A stretch of 64,000 nt of DNA from a phage. The position numbers and the translations under genes are program-made. The notes beneath the pieces are model-generated. The model was not told the DNA's origin, searched no databases, and saw only the letters and a list, made by a program, of their open reading frames with translations. The stretch lies in the sequence record PZ347661.1; one strand, given 5' to 3'. Position 1 is the stretch's first letter, and each line of letters opens with the position of its first letter. This document shows, one piece after another, positions 28,041 to 36,986 of this stretch.

Positions 28041-28998
28041 TGTCTCACTGGCTCTGGCTGTATGGCTACTACATGATGAGTATGATTACGTAGACAATCC
28101 TAAGTATCTGTCTGTTACTACATTGCTTAAGCCTATTAAGCAAATCGTCATGAAACATCGTGTAGATCTCAGTGACCAGTCAATTGATGTTATGGATTTT
28201 GTCTCCACATCAATGGGTACTGGCTTACATGACTCTATCGAGAAAGCCTGGAAGCTGGGTCATAAGACTGCATTGAAGAAGCTAGGTTATCCTCAGCGCG
28301 TAATTGATGCAGTAGTCATTAATCCAACCGAAGCAGACTTTGATGCTAACCCTGACCTTATCCCAATCTACATTGAACAACGTGGAACCAGGGTAGTTAA
28401 GGGTTGGACTATCGGTGGTAAGTTCGACATCGTAACAGAAGGTCTGTTGCAGGACTTTAAGTCCACTTCAACCTATTCCTGGGTTGCTGGTTCCCGTGAT
28501 GATGAACACAAGATGCAAGGTAGCTTATATCGTTGGATTCACAACGACATCATTACCGAGGATGTAATCCGTATTAACTACATCTTCACTGACTTCATGA
28601 AGCATATGGCCAATAGCAATCCGAACTATCCTGCTAATCGTATTATGCACAAGGATATTCCGTTGCTATCTGTCGATAAGACTGAACGTTGGGTAGAAGA
28701 GAAGATTCACCTCATTGAGAAGTACTGGAATGCACCTGAAGAGGAAATTCCTGAATGTACTGACGAGGAGTTGTGGCGAACAGAGCCACAGTTCAAATAC
28801 TTCTCTGATGCTTCTAAGGTAGATGTACCTGGAGCCAGAAGTACCAAAAACTTTGACGATATGGCATCTGCTCGTATCTTCATGGCTGAAAAAGGTGGCA
28901 AGGGTGCTATCAAGGTCGTGGAGGGGCAGGTTAAGCGTTGTCTATACTGCCCTGTCGCGTCCATTTGCAAACAAAGAGAGAGATATTTTCCATCATGA
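28018..28998 (+). CDS. putative PD-(D/E)XK-type exonuclease with C-terminal CxxCx5C motif (326 aa)
   Basis: GKFDIV ... LQDFKST nuclease-like motifs and C-terminal CLYCPVASIC cysteine cluster; N4 encodes a 5-prime-3-prime exonuclease in this region; inference. Confidence 0.5.
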   Translation: MKITNNHDVSLALAVWLLHDEYDYVDNPKYLSVTTLLKPIKQIVMKHRVDLSDQSIDVMDFVSTSMGTGLHDSIEKAWKLGHKTALKKLGYPQRVIDAVVINPTEADFDANPDLIPIYIEQRGTRVVKGWTIGGKFDIVTEGLLQDFKSTSTYSWVAGSRDDEHKMQGSLYRWIHNDIITEDVIRINYIFTDFMKHMANSNPNYPANRIMHKDIPLLSVDKTERWVEEKIHLIEKYWNAPEEEIPECTDEELWRTEPQFKYFSDASKVDVPGARSTKNFDDMASARIFMAEKGGKGAIKVVEGQVKRCLYCPVASICKQRERYFPS

Positions 28999-29510
28999 GT
29001 AAGCTGACCCAGCAACGTCTGAAAGAATTACTGCATTATGATGCTCAAACTGGCATCTTCACTCGTCGTATATCTCTCAGTAATCGCACACCAGTAGGTA
29101 GCATTGCTGGGTCAGTTAACAAGAGTGACGGCTATATCTATATAACTGTTGATGCCAAACGGGAAGCTGCTCACAGATTAGCTTGGTTCTATGTATATGG
29201 GGTATGGCCAGAAGGTCTTTTAGACCATAAGGACACTATTAAAACCCATAACTGGATAGACAATCTGAGAGAAGCCGATAAAAGTACTAACGGAGCTAAC
29301 CGTGGACTGAATAAAAACAACACTACAGGTTTTATGGGTGTTACAAAATTCAGGAGTGGATACCGAGCAGCAATTAAGGTAAACCACAAATCACATTTTC
29401 TAGGTGTATTCCCAGATGTAGTAGAGGCAGCTAAGGTATACGACAAAGCTGCATTAGAACATTTTGGGGAATTTGCCGTTACTAACATGAGCTTAGGATT
29501 ATTTAAATGA
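28995..29510 (+). CDS. HNH homing endonuclease with AP2 DNA-binding domain (171 aa)
   Basis: HNH motif LDHKDTIKTHNWIDNLREA...N and AP2 motif GYRAAIKVNHKSHFLGVF...EAAKVYDKAALEHFGEFA. Confidence 0.8.
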   Translation: MSKLTQQRLKELLHYDAQTGIFTRRISLSNRTPVGSIAGSVNKSDGYIYITVDAKREAAHRLAWFYVYGVWPEGLLDHKDTIKTHNWIDNLREADKSTNGANRGLNKNNTTGFMGVTKFRSGYRAAIKVNHKSHFLGVFPDVVEAAKVYDKAALEHFGEFAVTNMSLGLFK

Positions 29511-31660
29511 GTATTGACCTTACTGGCATAAGTCACCACCCTGCAATTGAAGAAATTGTAGACGTGCTGTGTAACAAGACACAAAACAACGACAGAGGAT
29601 TCTTCCGTGTCGAAGTAGCCTACTTCCTGGCTAAAATGGCATCCTGTATGGGTGCAACCATTGTCACTAAAGACCGTGGTGACTTACCAGTCAACATTTA
29701 CGCTATGGCATTAGCAACGTCTGGCTTCGGTAAAGGTCACTCGGTAAATATTATTGAAGACGGATTTATGACTGGCTTCCGTAAACGCTTTATGGAAGAC
29801 ACCATGCCCGTCATTGCAAATGACCGTTTATGGAAGATTGCTAACGAACGTGCTGCTCGTCAGGGTACAGACCAGAATGATGAGTTTGATAAAGTTGAGG
29901 CAGAGTATAAGCGTGCTGGAGCATATCCGTTTACGTTTGACTCAGGTACTCCACCAGCAGTTAAACAATTACGTCACAAGCTGTTAATGGCTGGGTGTGG
30001 TTCAATCAACCTTCAGATTGATGAGATTGGTTCAAACCTGTTAGCTAACACAGATGTATTAACCCTGTTCCTGGAGCTATATGACCAGGGTAAGGTTAAG
30101 CAGAAGCTAACCAAAAACACTGCTGAAAGTGTTCGTGGAGAAGAACTGGATGGTAAGACTCCAGCTAACCTGTTGTTGTTTGGTACACCAAGTAAGCTAC
30201 TGGATGGTGGTCAGACCGAAGATCAGTTCTATGACTTCCTCGATACAGGGTATGCACGTCGCTGTCTGTTTGCCATTGGGCATTTAGACAAACGAGCACA
30301 TGCAACAATGTCTCCGGAAGAAATCTACCGTAACCTGATTAAACAGGATAACGTGCAGTCTCTTGGCAAGTGGGCTAATCATTTCCATAGTCTGGCTGAC
30401 CCAAACCTGTTTGGTTTTAAAATGGTTGTGGAAGATGCTGTGGGGATTGCTCTGATTACTTACAAGATTGATTGTGAGAAACAGGCAGAGGCTATGGCTG
30501 ACCACGAAGAGATTCGTAAGGCTGAAATTTCACACCGTTACTTCAAAGCTCTTAAGCTGGCAGGAGCACTGGCATTTGTTGACCAGAGTTCATTCATTGA
30601 GATGTCCCATCTTAAACAAGCAATCCTGCTTGTAGAGGAATCTGGAGCAGCATTCCAGGGTATTCTCAATCGTGAGAAAGCCTATGTGAAGCTGGCTAAG
30701 TACATTGCCTCTGTAGGTAAAGAAGTAACTCATGCTGACTTGCTGGAGTCATTGCCTTTCTATAAGAGCGGTAATGCAGCTCGTAATGAGATGATGACTC
30801 TTGCTACAGCATGGGGTTACAAACAGCACATCATCATTAAGAAAACCTTCAATGAAGGTATTGAGTTCTTCCGTGGTGAGACTCTGAAAGAAACTGACAT
30901 CAATGAGATGATAGTGGCATATAGTGATAGCTTTGCTTATGACTACATTGGTGAACGTGTACCGTTCGACCAGTTGCATGTATTAACCCAAGCTCCCGGT
31001 ATGCACTGGGTAAACCATCATATGAAGAATGGGCATCGTTCTGAAGAGAACGTTATTCCAGGATTTAACATGATTGTTATTGACTGTGATGGTGGAGTAC
31101 CACTGCATATGTGCCATGAACTGATGAAGGAATATAAGTTCATGACCTATACCACTAAACGTCATTCTGATGAAGAGAACCGATTCCGACTGATTATTCC
31201 AATGAACTATGAGTTACACCTCGACACTGAGGAATACAAAGAGTTCATGAATAACGTTATGTCTTGGCTACCGTTCGAAACGGATGAGTCTGCTAATCAG
31301 CGAGCCAAGAAGTGGATGTCCTGCGAGATTGGTTCCTATCATTACAATCTTGAAGCAAATCTGTTGGATGTGCGTGACTTTATTCCTCGTACTAGTAAGA
31401 ACGAGCAGTTCCGGAACCAGATGAAGGAAGTACAGTCGTTGGATAATCTGGAGCGTTGGTTCGCTAGTCGTATTGCTACCGGTAATCGTAATAATCAAAT
31501 GATTAAGTACGCACTGGCATTGGTTGACAGTGGTTGGGATTTTGCCCAAGTACAGCAAGCCGTCCACTCATTCAATAAGAAACTGGTTAATCCATTGCCA
31601 GATGATGAATTGAATGCAACCGTAATGGTCACCGTGGCTAAACGCTTCGCTGGCAAGTAA
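29507..31660 (+). CDS. primase-like replication protein (N4 gp43-like, 717 aa)
   Basis: Large replication-module protein with P-loop-like SGFGKGHS; primase role inferred from synteny, not from a clear motif. Confidence 0.5.
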   Translation: MSIDLTGISHHPAIEEIVDVLCNKTQNNDRGFFRVEVAYFLAKMASCMGATIVTKDRGDLPVNIYAMALATSGFGKGHSVNIIEDGFMTGFRKRFMEDTMPVIANDRLWKIANERAARQGTDQNDEFDKVEAEYKRAGAYPFTFDSGTPPAVKQLRHKLLMAGCGSINLQIDEIGSNLLANTDVLTLFLELYDQGKVKQKLTKNTAESVRGEELDGKTPANLLLFGTPSKLLDGGQTEDQFYDFLDTGYARRCLFAIGHLDKRAHATMSPEEIYRNLIKQDNVQSLGKWANHFHSLADPNLFGFKMVVEDAVGIALITYKIDCEKQAEAMADHEEIRKAEISHRYFKALKLAGALAFVDQSSFIEMSHLKQAILLVEESGAAFQGILNREKAYVKLAKYIASVGKEVTHADLLESLPFYKSGNAARNEMMTLATAWGYKQHIIIKKTFNEGIEFFRGETLKETDINEMIVAYSDSFAYDYIGERVPFDQLHVLTQAPGMHWVNHHMKNGHRSEENVIPGFNMIVIDCDGGVPLHMCHELMKEYKFMTYTTKRHSDEENRFRLIIPMNYELHLDTEEYKEFMNNVMSWLPFETDESANQRAKKWMSCEIGSYHYNLEANLLDVRDFIPRTSKNEQFRNQMKEVQSLDNLERWFASRIATGNRNNQMIKYALALVDSGWDFAQVQQAVHSFNKKLVNPLPDDELNATVMVTVAKRFAGK

Positions 31661-31716
31661 GCAAACAGGAGTCTTTCTTTGGTTTGAAGGACTCCTAAAT
31701 TAAATGAGGAAAAATA

Positions 31717-32469
31717 ATGTCCGAAGTAATTCCCAATGATATGAACACTCAGCTAATCCTGATTGCAGGATTCTCAGCGAGCGGTAAATCAGCATCACTG
31801 CGTAACATCCGGAACCAGGAACGCTGGCTCTATCTGAACACTGAAGCAGGTAAACGTCTGCCTTTCCGTAACAAATTCAATACCTACAACATCGAAGACC
31901 CATATCAGATTTGGGAAGCATTTGATGTTGCATCTCCTGGTGGAGAAATGGCAGATGATGTTGATGGTATCATCATTGACTCAGCAACCTTTATGATGGA
32001 TATGCTGGAATCCCAGTATGTATTGCCCTCTGCAAACACACAAAAGGCATGGGGTGATTTTGCACAGTTCTTTAAGATACTGCTGCAACAGAAAGTTGTT
32101 AAGTTTGGTAAGCCAGTAATCATTACTGCTCATGCTAAAGACGAACTGGATGAAGCTGCTGGTGTGATGAAAACATTCATCCCAGTGAAAGGTTCTCTTA
32201 AGAATAACGGGCTTGAAGCCTACTTCTCTACAGTGGTTTACGCAGAACGTGTAGACATTAAAGAACTGGAGAAGTATGGGAACAAGATGCTTGAAATTAC
32301 GGAAGAAGAACGTGACTTAGGGTATAAGCACGTATTCCAGACCCGTCCAACCAAGAAGTCAGTAGGTAAACGACTTCGTTCCCCAATGGGTATGTTTGAT
32401 AAGTCCGAGACTTATATCGACAATGATGCCCAGAAACTCTTAGACCACCTGGCTGAATACTACGCTTAA
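31717..32469 (+). CDS. P-loop ATPase (250 aa)
   Basis: Walker A GFSASGKSAS and Walker B-like IIIDSAT. Confidence 0.55.
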   Translation: MSEVIPNDMNTQLILIAGFSASGKSASLRNIRNQERWLYLNTEAGKRLPFRNKFNTYNIEDPYQIWEAFDVASPGGEMADDVDGIIIDSATFMMDMLESQYVLPSANTQKAWGDFAQFFKILLQQKVVKFGKPVIITAHAKDELDEAAGVMKTFIPVKGSLKNNGLEAYFSTVVYAERVDIKELEKYGNKMLEITEEERDLGYKHVFQTRPTKKSVGKRLRSPMGMFDKSETYIDNDAQKLLDHLAEYYA

Positions 32470-32508
32470 GCGTTTGTCTGGTTGTTAATCACTTATTAGG
32501 AAAATCAT

Positions 32509-33312
32509 ATGTCATTGTTCAGTAATCTGAAAGAAAAAACCAAAAACGTTGAAGCTGCTAAAGACTCCCTGGGTGGGGGTGGCTTCGGTGCAAAAGAAAC
32601 CGATATCTACACCGGTACTGTAAAAGTAGCTTACGTAGGCAAAGCTGACTCTGGTGCAGACTGGATGCAGTTAATCATTGAAGACCTGAAGAACTCTGAT
32701 GGCGTACCTGCTGGTGAGTTCCGTGCTCAGGTGTACTTCACTTCTGGTAATGCTAAAGGTAACAAGCCAACTTACGAGAAGAATGGCAAAGAATACTTCT
32801 TGCCTGGCTACACTGTCATTAACGACATGATGCTGATGGCTACCGGTACTGAACTGCCTGAAGCAGACTTCGAAGAGAAGATTGTTAAGGTCTATGACTT
32901 CGATGCTAAAGCAGAGGTTAATAAATCCGTCATGGTTCCAGTTGACCTGGTTGGTCAGACTGTTACCTTCGCTCTGGAAAAAGTTCTGGAATCTAAGCAG
33001 GTTAAAGGTGACAACGGCTACGTTGACTCCGGTGAAACTCGTGAAGTAAACGAGATCCAGAAAGTGTTTCATCCGGAACTGCTGGTCACAGTCGTCGAGG
33101 CTCAGGAAGCAGAGAAGGCTGAGAAAGAACTGACCCCAGAACTGGCTGTATTCTATGCAGCATGGCTGGAAAAGAACAAAGGCAAGACTCGTGATAAGAC
33201 CAAGGGTTCTGCTGGTGGTAATGGTAAAGGTGGCTTGCCTCCTAAACCAGGTGCAGGTGCTGGCACGGGTACTACTCCTGCTGGTGGTAAATCACTGTTC
33301 GGTAAACGTTAA
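32509..33312 (+). CDS. single-stranded DNA-binding protein candidate (N4 gp45-like, 267 aa)
   Basis: Size and position match the N4 SSB (recalled as ~265 aa); Gly/Pro-rich flexible C-terminal tail; inference. Confidence 0.5.
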   Translation: MSLFSNLKEKTKNVEAAKDSLGGGGFGAKETDIYTGTVKVAYVGKADSGADWMQLIIEDLKNSDGVPAGEFRAQVYFTSGNAKGNKPTYEKNGKEYFLPGYTVINDMMLMATGTELPEADFEEKIVKVYDFDAKAEVNKSVMVPVDLVGQTVTFALEKVLESKQVKGDNGYVDSGETREVNEIQKVFHPELLVTVVEAQEAEKAEKELTPELAVFYAAWLEKNKGKTRDKTKGSAGGNGKGGLPPKPGAGAGTGTTPAGGKSLFGKR

Positions 33313-33866
33313 TGAAAATCCCAATTGTTGGTGCAGACATTAGTCTCCGCAATTGGGGTTTAGCTCGTGGGATGCTGGACATTGAGTCCGGCGTCTTCGA
33401 GCAGGTCGAACTTAAACTGGTTCAAACTGAAGTTGACCACAACAAACAAGTTCGAACCAACTCCAAAGATATACAAGCCGCTCACGATTTGTTTCTTGGT
33501 TGTGAGGAATGGTTACGGTCTGCTAAAGCAGTATTCGTAGAAGTACCAGTAGGCTCTCAGTCTGCTAACGGTATGAAATCCTATGGAGTATGCGTAGGAT
33601 TAATCGGTGCATTTCGTGCATTGGGTTGTCCAATCTTTGAAGTATCCCCAATTGAAAACAAACTTGCACTGGTCGGTGATAAAACTGCATCTAAGGACAC
33701 GATGATTCGTGCTGCTCATGCCATTTATCCTGAAGCCAACTGGCTCACAGATAAGAAGGGCAAACTTCTGAATAAGAATGAGCACTTAGCAGATGCAATC
33801 GGTGCAATCCATGCTGGTGTAAATCTCCCAGCTTTCCAGAACCTCATTAAGTTATTAAAGGCGTAA
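33312..33866 (+). CDS. RuvC-like Holliday junction resolvase (184 aa)
   Basis: N-terminal VGADISL (catalytic Asp), FVEVP (Glu), C-terminal HLADAIGAIHAG resembling the RuvC HxxDAxxxA motif. Confidence 0.55.
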   Translation: MKIPIVGADISLRNWGLARGMLDIESGVFEQVELKLVQTEVDHNKQVRTNSKDIQAAHDLFLGCEEWLRSAKAVFVEVPVGSQSANGMKSYGVCVGLIGAFRALGCPIFEVSPIENKLALVGDKTASKDTMIRAAHAIYPEANWLTDKKGKLLNKNEHLADAIGAIHAGVNLPAFQNLIKLLKA

Positions 33867-33867
33867 T

Positions 33868-34320
33868 ATGCAAATCATTTTGAACCAGTCCGAAGTAGAA
33901 GCTGCTGTACAGGCTTATGTTGATGATCAAATCAATCTTGCTGGTGACATTAATATTGTCATCAATGCAGATGGTACAGCCTCCGTTGGTATCAACGAAG
34001 AGGTTCACGAAGATACTCCACCCGTGGGAGTAGAGAAGAAAACTCGTCGTTCTCGCAAAAATCCACAGGAAGCTAAACATCGTCCGGTAGAACCAGAGCC
34101 GGAAGAAGCTGTTGAAGAGGTAAAGGTAGAAGAAACCCAGACCTCTACTGGTGGTCCGAACGGGAATTCTACGCCGGAACCTGAAGAAGAAGCAGTAACT
34201 GAACCAGTAGCACAAGAAGAAGTTGTGCAGGAAGAGGCCAAGAAAGAAGATCGTGAGCTTCCTCCGGAAGAACGACCGGTAACGAAGCCTTCACTGTTCG
34301 CTGGCCTTAAACGTAGTTAA
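33868..34320 (+). CDS. hypothetical acidic protein (150 aa)
   Basis: ORF; Glu/Pro-rich C-terminal half. Confidence 0.5.
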   Translation: MQIILNQSEVEAAVQAYVDDQINLAGDINIVINADGTASVGINEEVHEDTPPVGVEKKTRRSRKNPQEAKHRPVEPEPEEAVEEVKVEETQTSTGGPNGNSTPEPEEEAVTEPVAQEEVVQEEAKKEDRELPPEERPVTKPSLFAGLKRS

Positions 34321-34551
34321 TCTGGTAGGTGGCTCAGAAGCTGCTGCTATTTGTGGTAGTGTTCATAATTCTGATGCTATTGCTTATCAGGATTCTGGAC
34401 GTGTCGGCTCCATACATAGCATTTATCATCACTGTGCTTATACTTTGGAAACTCAGTGATAAAAACGGTGGTGACAAGCCGCCAGACTAACAACAACCGA
34501 ACCAGTGTGCAGGAATACTCTCCCCTGTGCATTGGTTCAACTGAGACTAAT

Positions 34552-34722
34552 ATGAACAAATTTACTATTCACTGGCTCAATGGAAAGGTTAGTTCTTTCA
34601 TGGGTGGAGAACCTGTTGAAGGAAAGAAAGCATTTCACATTGAATCAGAAGGCTGCAAAATCTTAATACCATACGCTTGGTATAAAGATGGTGAAGTAGA
34701 AGCATTAAAAAAGAGTAGTTAA
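34552..34722 (+). CDS. hypothetical small protein (56 aa)
   Basis: Internal ATG of track ORF 34456; weak RBS. Confidence 0.25.
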   Translation: MNKFTIHWLNGKVSSFMGGEPVEGKKAFHIESEGCKILIPYAWYKDGEVEALKKSS

Positions 34723-35144
34723 TATCGTGAAGGGTTCTGTTAGAATCCTTTGAGATAGGAACTCCTATCATAACCTTTCTTAACTTAATCTTTGCCGTAT
34801 GGCACTGACGCTAGGGGTGGCCCCCCATCCGTCAGGTAGACTATTTTAAGAATGGGTTATCACAGCAAATGTAAAGCAACATTCGGGTTAATCAATGGCC
34901 TCTCCCTATAGGGGCCATTTCTGAATCTTAGGCTATATCCCAAAGGTTAATATCTTTGGGATAAGGCTTCAGATCCCTTATCAACTAACCGCTCAATGTT
35001 GAGCATTTTAATCACATAAGCCCCTATATGGGCTGGGTTAAATGTCGGATAGCATAGCTACCTACAGCATCGAATTGTTAGGTCTTACATGCAAACTAAA
35101 TCATAGGGTAAAGAGGGACTCGTCCTCCCTCCCCTATTATAATG

Positions 35145-35214
35145 GTCGGGGTAGCGCGTAGGCATGTGCAGAAGGTCGCTACTTCTCTCGCTGGTTCGAA
35201 TCCAGCCCCCGACC
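35145..35214 (+). tRNA. tRNA-like element A (about 70 nt, isotype undetermined)
   Basis: 7-bp acceptor pairing GTCGGGG/CCCCGAC, U8-A9, T-arm GCTGG-TTCGAAT-CCAGC, possible anticodon stem AGAAG/CTTCT; hand fold leaves a short variable loop; no encoded CCA. Confidence 0.4.
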
Positions 35215-35765
35215 TACTGACATCCTATCAATGAGTACATTAGGCTAACGTGCGGAGGTTTACACTGTAGCCGGTGTAGGTGGAGAAGACGGCAGGATAG
35301 CTACCTGTGCTTAGTGTACTCTTTGATAGTTTTCGTAAGCGATTATGCGGTTTTTTAGAAACGAACCAATAACATAAATGCAAACGATGATGTTGTTCTG
35401 ATGGCGGCGTAATAGCCTATAAGTCAGCAAGGTCTTCCGATTCCTTGTAAACAAATTCGGCGCAGTGGCCCGCTGTGATTAATAATGGGCACACAACAGG
35501 TAAGAGCATTTAGGCTACTGAGAAATCATCCGAGGCAATCAGACCTATCTTCTGTTAAGTGCTCTTTCCGTTGTGGTGAATGTGCAGGCTGATGCGCAGT
35601 GGGACGTGGCTGACTCACGAGGATGGCTCAAGCGAATAAGCAAGCTCGACGCCGCCGAATAAGCGCCTTATGCCGGAGATCAGTACCGGCCACCACAACA
35701 AGTCCAGACGATATCTGAGTGACTATAAAAACAGATGGAGCCAGGTGGAATCCCTGGCAACTAAT

Positions 35766-35831
35766 TCCGGTGTAGGTACTAGTGTCGTGCACGGCATGAG
35801 TGTTCTGGTTCGAGTCCAGACGCCGGAACCA
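35766..35831 (+). tRNA. tRNA-like element B (only about 63 nt plus encoded CCA; non-canonical)
   Basis: Acceptor pairing TCCGGTG/CGCCGGA (one G-U), T-arm TCTGG-TTCGAGT-CCAGA, discriminator A and CCA encoded; too short for a standard D plus anticodon arm. Confidence 0.3.
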
Positions 35832-35833
35832 AT

Positions 35834-35957
35834 TACCAGTTGCACGAGATGGCTTGATATGTTCAAGTTTGGACTAAGTGTGACACCGCTAGATTGGAGA
35901 GCTGCTGCGGTAAGCTATAGACTCCAACCGGGGGTTCGAATCCCTCACTGGTAACCA
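35834..35957 (+). tRNA. tRNA-like element C (perfect 7-bp acceptor pairing spanning about 121 nt; possible insertion)
   Basis: TACCAGT at 35834 pairs with ACTGGTA at 35947; T-arm GGGGG-TTCGAAT-CCCTC; discriminator A and CCA encoded; internal length exceeds any standard tRNA. Confidence 0.3.
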
Positions 35958-36401
35958 ATTCAAAGTAGCATTGCACTAATCCATCCCGGAGTTCAAAGGC
36001 CAAACATGGAGCAGTGCTACTTTGAATTAGAAAGATTATGGGGGTAAGTCGTAACCATACGACGGCGTAAGTACCAGATGAGACTTCTGGACGCCCCTAC
36101 CAGATTTGGGGTGTAACAGTTAGATCCAGTTGCCGGAAGTGCTATTCTAGATACGCTGCCAATGTGTGAACGGTAAGGCTGTACAGGACTCGGACTCCCA
36201 CCTCAAACCAAAGTCGCCAGGTACTTATGGCAAACGGGTAGTAACGAACTAGTCATTCGTCAAACGCCCAACCTATTATGAGTCAGCAAGAACGCCTTCA
36301 CTTAAACTTAAACAAAAAAGCTTAACGCAATAATTATGTAGGGGTATGTAAGGATTGCGAAGAAGGAGCCAGTTAAAGTCTGGCATGGCTCAACCTATTA
36401 T

Positions 36402-36475
36402 GCCCACTTAGCTTAGACAGGGAAAGCAACCGACTAATAATCGGAAGGTCACTGGTTCAAATCCAGTAGTGGGTA
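36402..36475 (+). tRNA. tRNA candidate D (74 nt cloverleaf, anticodon uncertain)
   Basis: Acceptor GCCCACT/AGTGGGT (G-U first pair), D stem GCTT/AAGC, anticodon stem CCGA/TCGG with loop CTAATAA, T-arm ACTGG-TTCAAAT-CCAGT; the hand fold gives an unusual AAU anticodon. Confidence 0.45.
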
Positions 36476-36791
36476 CTTATTTGCTGCAATATTCCCATAG
36501 GGAATGGTGCCGTATACGCCACCTAGTTTCTGGTGAAACTCCAGATGCAGCAATCCATTCAGCAGTAACATAGTCCTGATTGCATTGCACTCTAAAGACA
36601 ACACTGGTAAGACAGTCCAGTGACTGCTAATGTACTGTTATTCCCCTCGACGGGAATTTCGCTAGTGAAGGTAACACTTAAAAATCCAAACCTACGTCTT
36701 ACTACTATCGGGCTATCAACCCACAGTCGCTTAACACACTAGTGGTAGTAGTTTGACGGCCTAGCCTCGTTAGCTGCGTTAAAGCTACTAA

Positions 36792-36817
36792 GTCCCTCTT
36801 CGGAGGGACTTTTTTAT
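36792..36817 (+). terminator. intrinsic terminator
   Basis: AGTCCCTC-TTCG-GAGGGACT followed by TTTTTT. Confidence 0.7.
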
Positions 36818-36986
36818 TTGAGTATTAATAAATGGATATTCAGGATGATTGACCTAATTTCTACTCCGTATGCCTATGAGGTAACGGATAACCGAGGACA
36901 TAAGTACTTGGTATTTGCAGGTAGCGTAGCCTATAACAACGCAGTAATGTTTAAGTACAAACTCAAACCACTCTATGAGGCTAATA

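Noticed and set aside
34377-34559. 60-aa - strand ORF in the spacer after the acidic-protein gene
   Set aside because: It is the only - strand ORF in a + strand block, has no RBS, and overlaps the + strand ORF at 34456.
35670-35954. 94-aa + strand ORF in the ORF-free island
   Set aside because: It overlaps two tRNA-like elements, has no RBS, and its arginine/tryptophan-rich composition looks like translated structured RNA.
36482-36554. Fifth acceptor-like 7-bp pairing (TGCTGCA/TGCAGCA) with a TGAAACT loop
   Set aside because: Not called as a tRNA feature because the T-loop is non-canonical and the internal hairpins (6-bp stem with 3-nt loop) do not match D or anticodon arms; kept only as part of the island finding.
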